A stretch of DNA of 64,000 nt, from assembly GCA_976551045.1 (NCBI GenBank), contig CDPCPM010000049.1, forward strand, positions 6,386,001 through 6,450,000. Direction: 5' to 3'. The notes below the pieces were generated by a model that saw only the letters and a list, made by a program, of their open reading frames with translations, had not been told where the DNA came from and searched no databases. Each line of letters begins with the position of its first letter. Position 1 is the first letter of the stretch. The translations under genes and the position numbers were made by a program. Below are positions 61,843 to 64,000 of this stretch, in pieces. The stretch is from Glaucostegus cemiculus. Lineage: Eukaryota.

Positions 61843-64000
61843 CCTGCACTTCAACAGAAGATTGTGCCCAACCGCAGCAGATCTATATCAGAGAGCAGCA
61901 GTGTCAAGTTTTGCCTGTGTCCTTTATTGTTCCCCGTGGAATAAAAGTATTTTTTTTATCCAGAATGTGGCGGAAACAAAGTGCGGAGGAATTCCAAATG
62001 GCAGCAGATATTCTTTCTCAAACCATTTGATTTTGCCTCCTTTGAGAGTACCCCTTGTTCTCAGTTAGTTCATATTGCTGAAACTGAGAATTTCTACATG
62101 TGCAAAGAAAACAACAAAGTGTTTTTATTTTAAGCTGTTTTTTCCCCCAAAAAGCACTAAATCTTAAATCCTAGTTGCTCTATTGTCTGTCCTCAAAGGG
62201 AGTTAATGGAGATCCCCCCCCACAAAAGTGAATTATTTATTTAGTTTTGGAAATTCATTATATAATTTCACATAAAAAGATTGAGGGTGATTTGTATCTG
62301 CTGCTATGGACATTTAAATTCCATCAGACACTTAAAATATTGTCAAAAAATGCCCCTGCAAACAACAGAAACCAGGAAGACTGCTTGCGCACATATCCTA
62401 TGTTTTCTAATGTAGAGTACGATATAAAATATTTATAGTGTTCTTTTAAAGTTTAAAGTGCAAAATCATTGACCAAATTGTACTTGTATTGCAAGCCCAT
62501 GAATAGGGCGGGCTCACTTACTCTGTATGGTGAATCACATTTTTTTTTAAAAGTGGAATGTCCTGTTAGTACTGGGAAATTTCAATGACACAGCTTGTAG
62601 TGAGTTCAGTGACCTTAATTGTACCCTCCCACTCATTCTAAAGCCTCTTTACACGAAGGAACATTTGAAGTGGAGAAAACCCAGATGCCGCTTGTTTGTA
62701 ATTCAGCAAGGGCAGTCTGTACAGTCTTGTCAGAGTGATATATGTACTCTAGACTCCATTGAACATATTAGTTCAATGGTATTAACTAATGCTGAAGGGT
62801 AGATTTTGTCATTCACAGCTTTCTGTTTTTCATCTTTCTATGACACTGAAGCAGTCTTTTGCCAAAGTTGTCACTAGTAGTTAGTTAAGGTTAACTTGAT
62901 GTTTTCATGGTCATTATTTGAGAATGGTAAGAAACAAGGAAAATACATCTATTAAGTCATGTAACCCTCACAAGAAATATAATTTGCTTACAGAATGATG
63001 ACAGGAGGAATGACTTCTATTTTATGGTCATTACAAACACTGTTCTCTTTTATTATGTGTCTAATGTATAATTGCAAAAAAGTAAAAAAAAAATCTGTTC
63101 TTAAATCTCGAAATTGAAATTTATGTTTAACATATATTTTGAAAAAAAGTTGAGTAGAAGAGTGTGCTTGAACACTTGCATCTGGAACTTCCCCGTGAAT
63201 TCAGCCTTCGTCGGCTAAACAAGCAATATTTGGGCCTAGAAATTCAATCCAGTGGAGCTGTTTCTTTCCATGAAGGATACATATTTCAGTAATGACCGCT
63301 TTCGTAAGCTTCCAGATGATTTCTAGGGAAAAACACAGTAGTAATATTTTCTGGATCATTTCATGCCAGTCTTGGAATTCAACAGACCACTTCCTATCAG
63401 GACAGCAGCTGCATTGATGACATGTTTTAGTATCGGACATGCCTCAAATGATGCCATTTCTCACACAACACCATTCTGGGTGAGACTGGGCTGTGTTGTC
63501 CTGAGCAGCACTACTTATTGTCCCCTGGCTTTGCAAGCATGCTTTCTTGGGTATTGAAATTGAAAGGGCCAGTGTGTCTGCAGTCTGCTGCACAACACTT
63601 CAAAGTGACTACTCCTACTCGATTTGAAATGTGCTCCTGTTGTCCACAGAGACTGAACTATACTGCTATTTGAACACTTCAACCATCTTAACTATGGGTG
63701 CTACCTTGGTGCTCCTGTGGATCTGCTGGATAATTCTTGGCTATAGGCCAGGCATCGTAGGCTCCACAGGCAAAATTGGGGATGCTGAGGGGGAAACATA
63801 AAAGTGATCACATTTGTGGATCTCGCCCCAAAGGGTCTGTGGGGATTTGAGCTTCTGTCTGAGAAGCGAAGGTGTGGTCTCCACACGCTTACATCAATGG
63901 CAGGACTGCTTTGCGAGATGAGATCGAGGCCATTGTCACACTCACCCTCTCCAAGATCAGCACCACAGGCTTAGATTTGAATACCATTGGCATCCTCAGG

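Overview
This is AT-rich vertebrate genomic DNA; the repeat families (HE1-like V-SINEs, HER1-like CR1 LINEs, SacSINE1-like Deu-SINEs) point to a cartilaginous fish, probably a ray or shark (inference). The whole window appears to lie inside one + strand gene, SCUBE1. About 48 kb of a large intron is followed by three phase-1 coding exons: 47966-48091 and 54127-54243 (EGF-like repeats) and 59368-59457 (a 30-aa linker with an NAT glycosylation sequon and an RVKRR furin-type site). The rest is intronic DNA with decayed CR1, L2-like, Rex1 and Penelope-like retroelements, three SINE superfamilies and Tigger-like MITEs, plus a 185-N gap. No intact transposon ORF, RNA gene or CRISPR array is supported. 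The most interesting observations are: a Penelope-derived hairpin element with a minimal hammerhead ribozyme in its loop (20.3 kb); a ~56-70 bp piece of local intron copied in inverted orientation into a CR1 (12.2 to 14.85 kb); a ~740 bp degenerate palindrome (40.8-41.55 kb); a V-SINE with a swapped LINE tail; a three-layer nested insertion; and RBFOX/QKI motifs around the N-gap and the furin-site exon. Repeat boundaries were read by eye and are approximate, and family names come from recalled consensus motifs rather than database searches.
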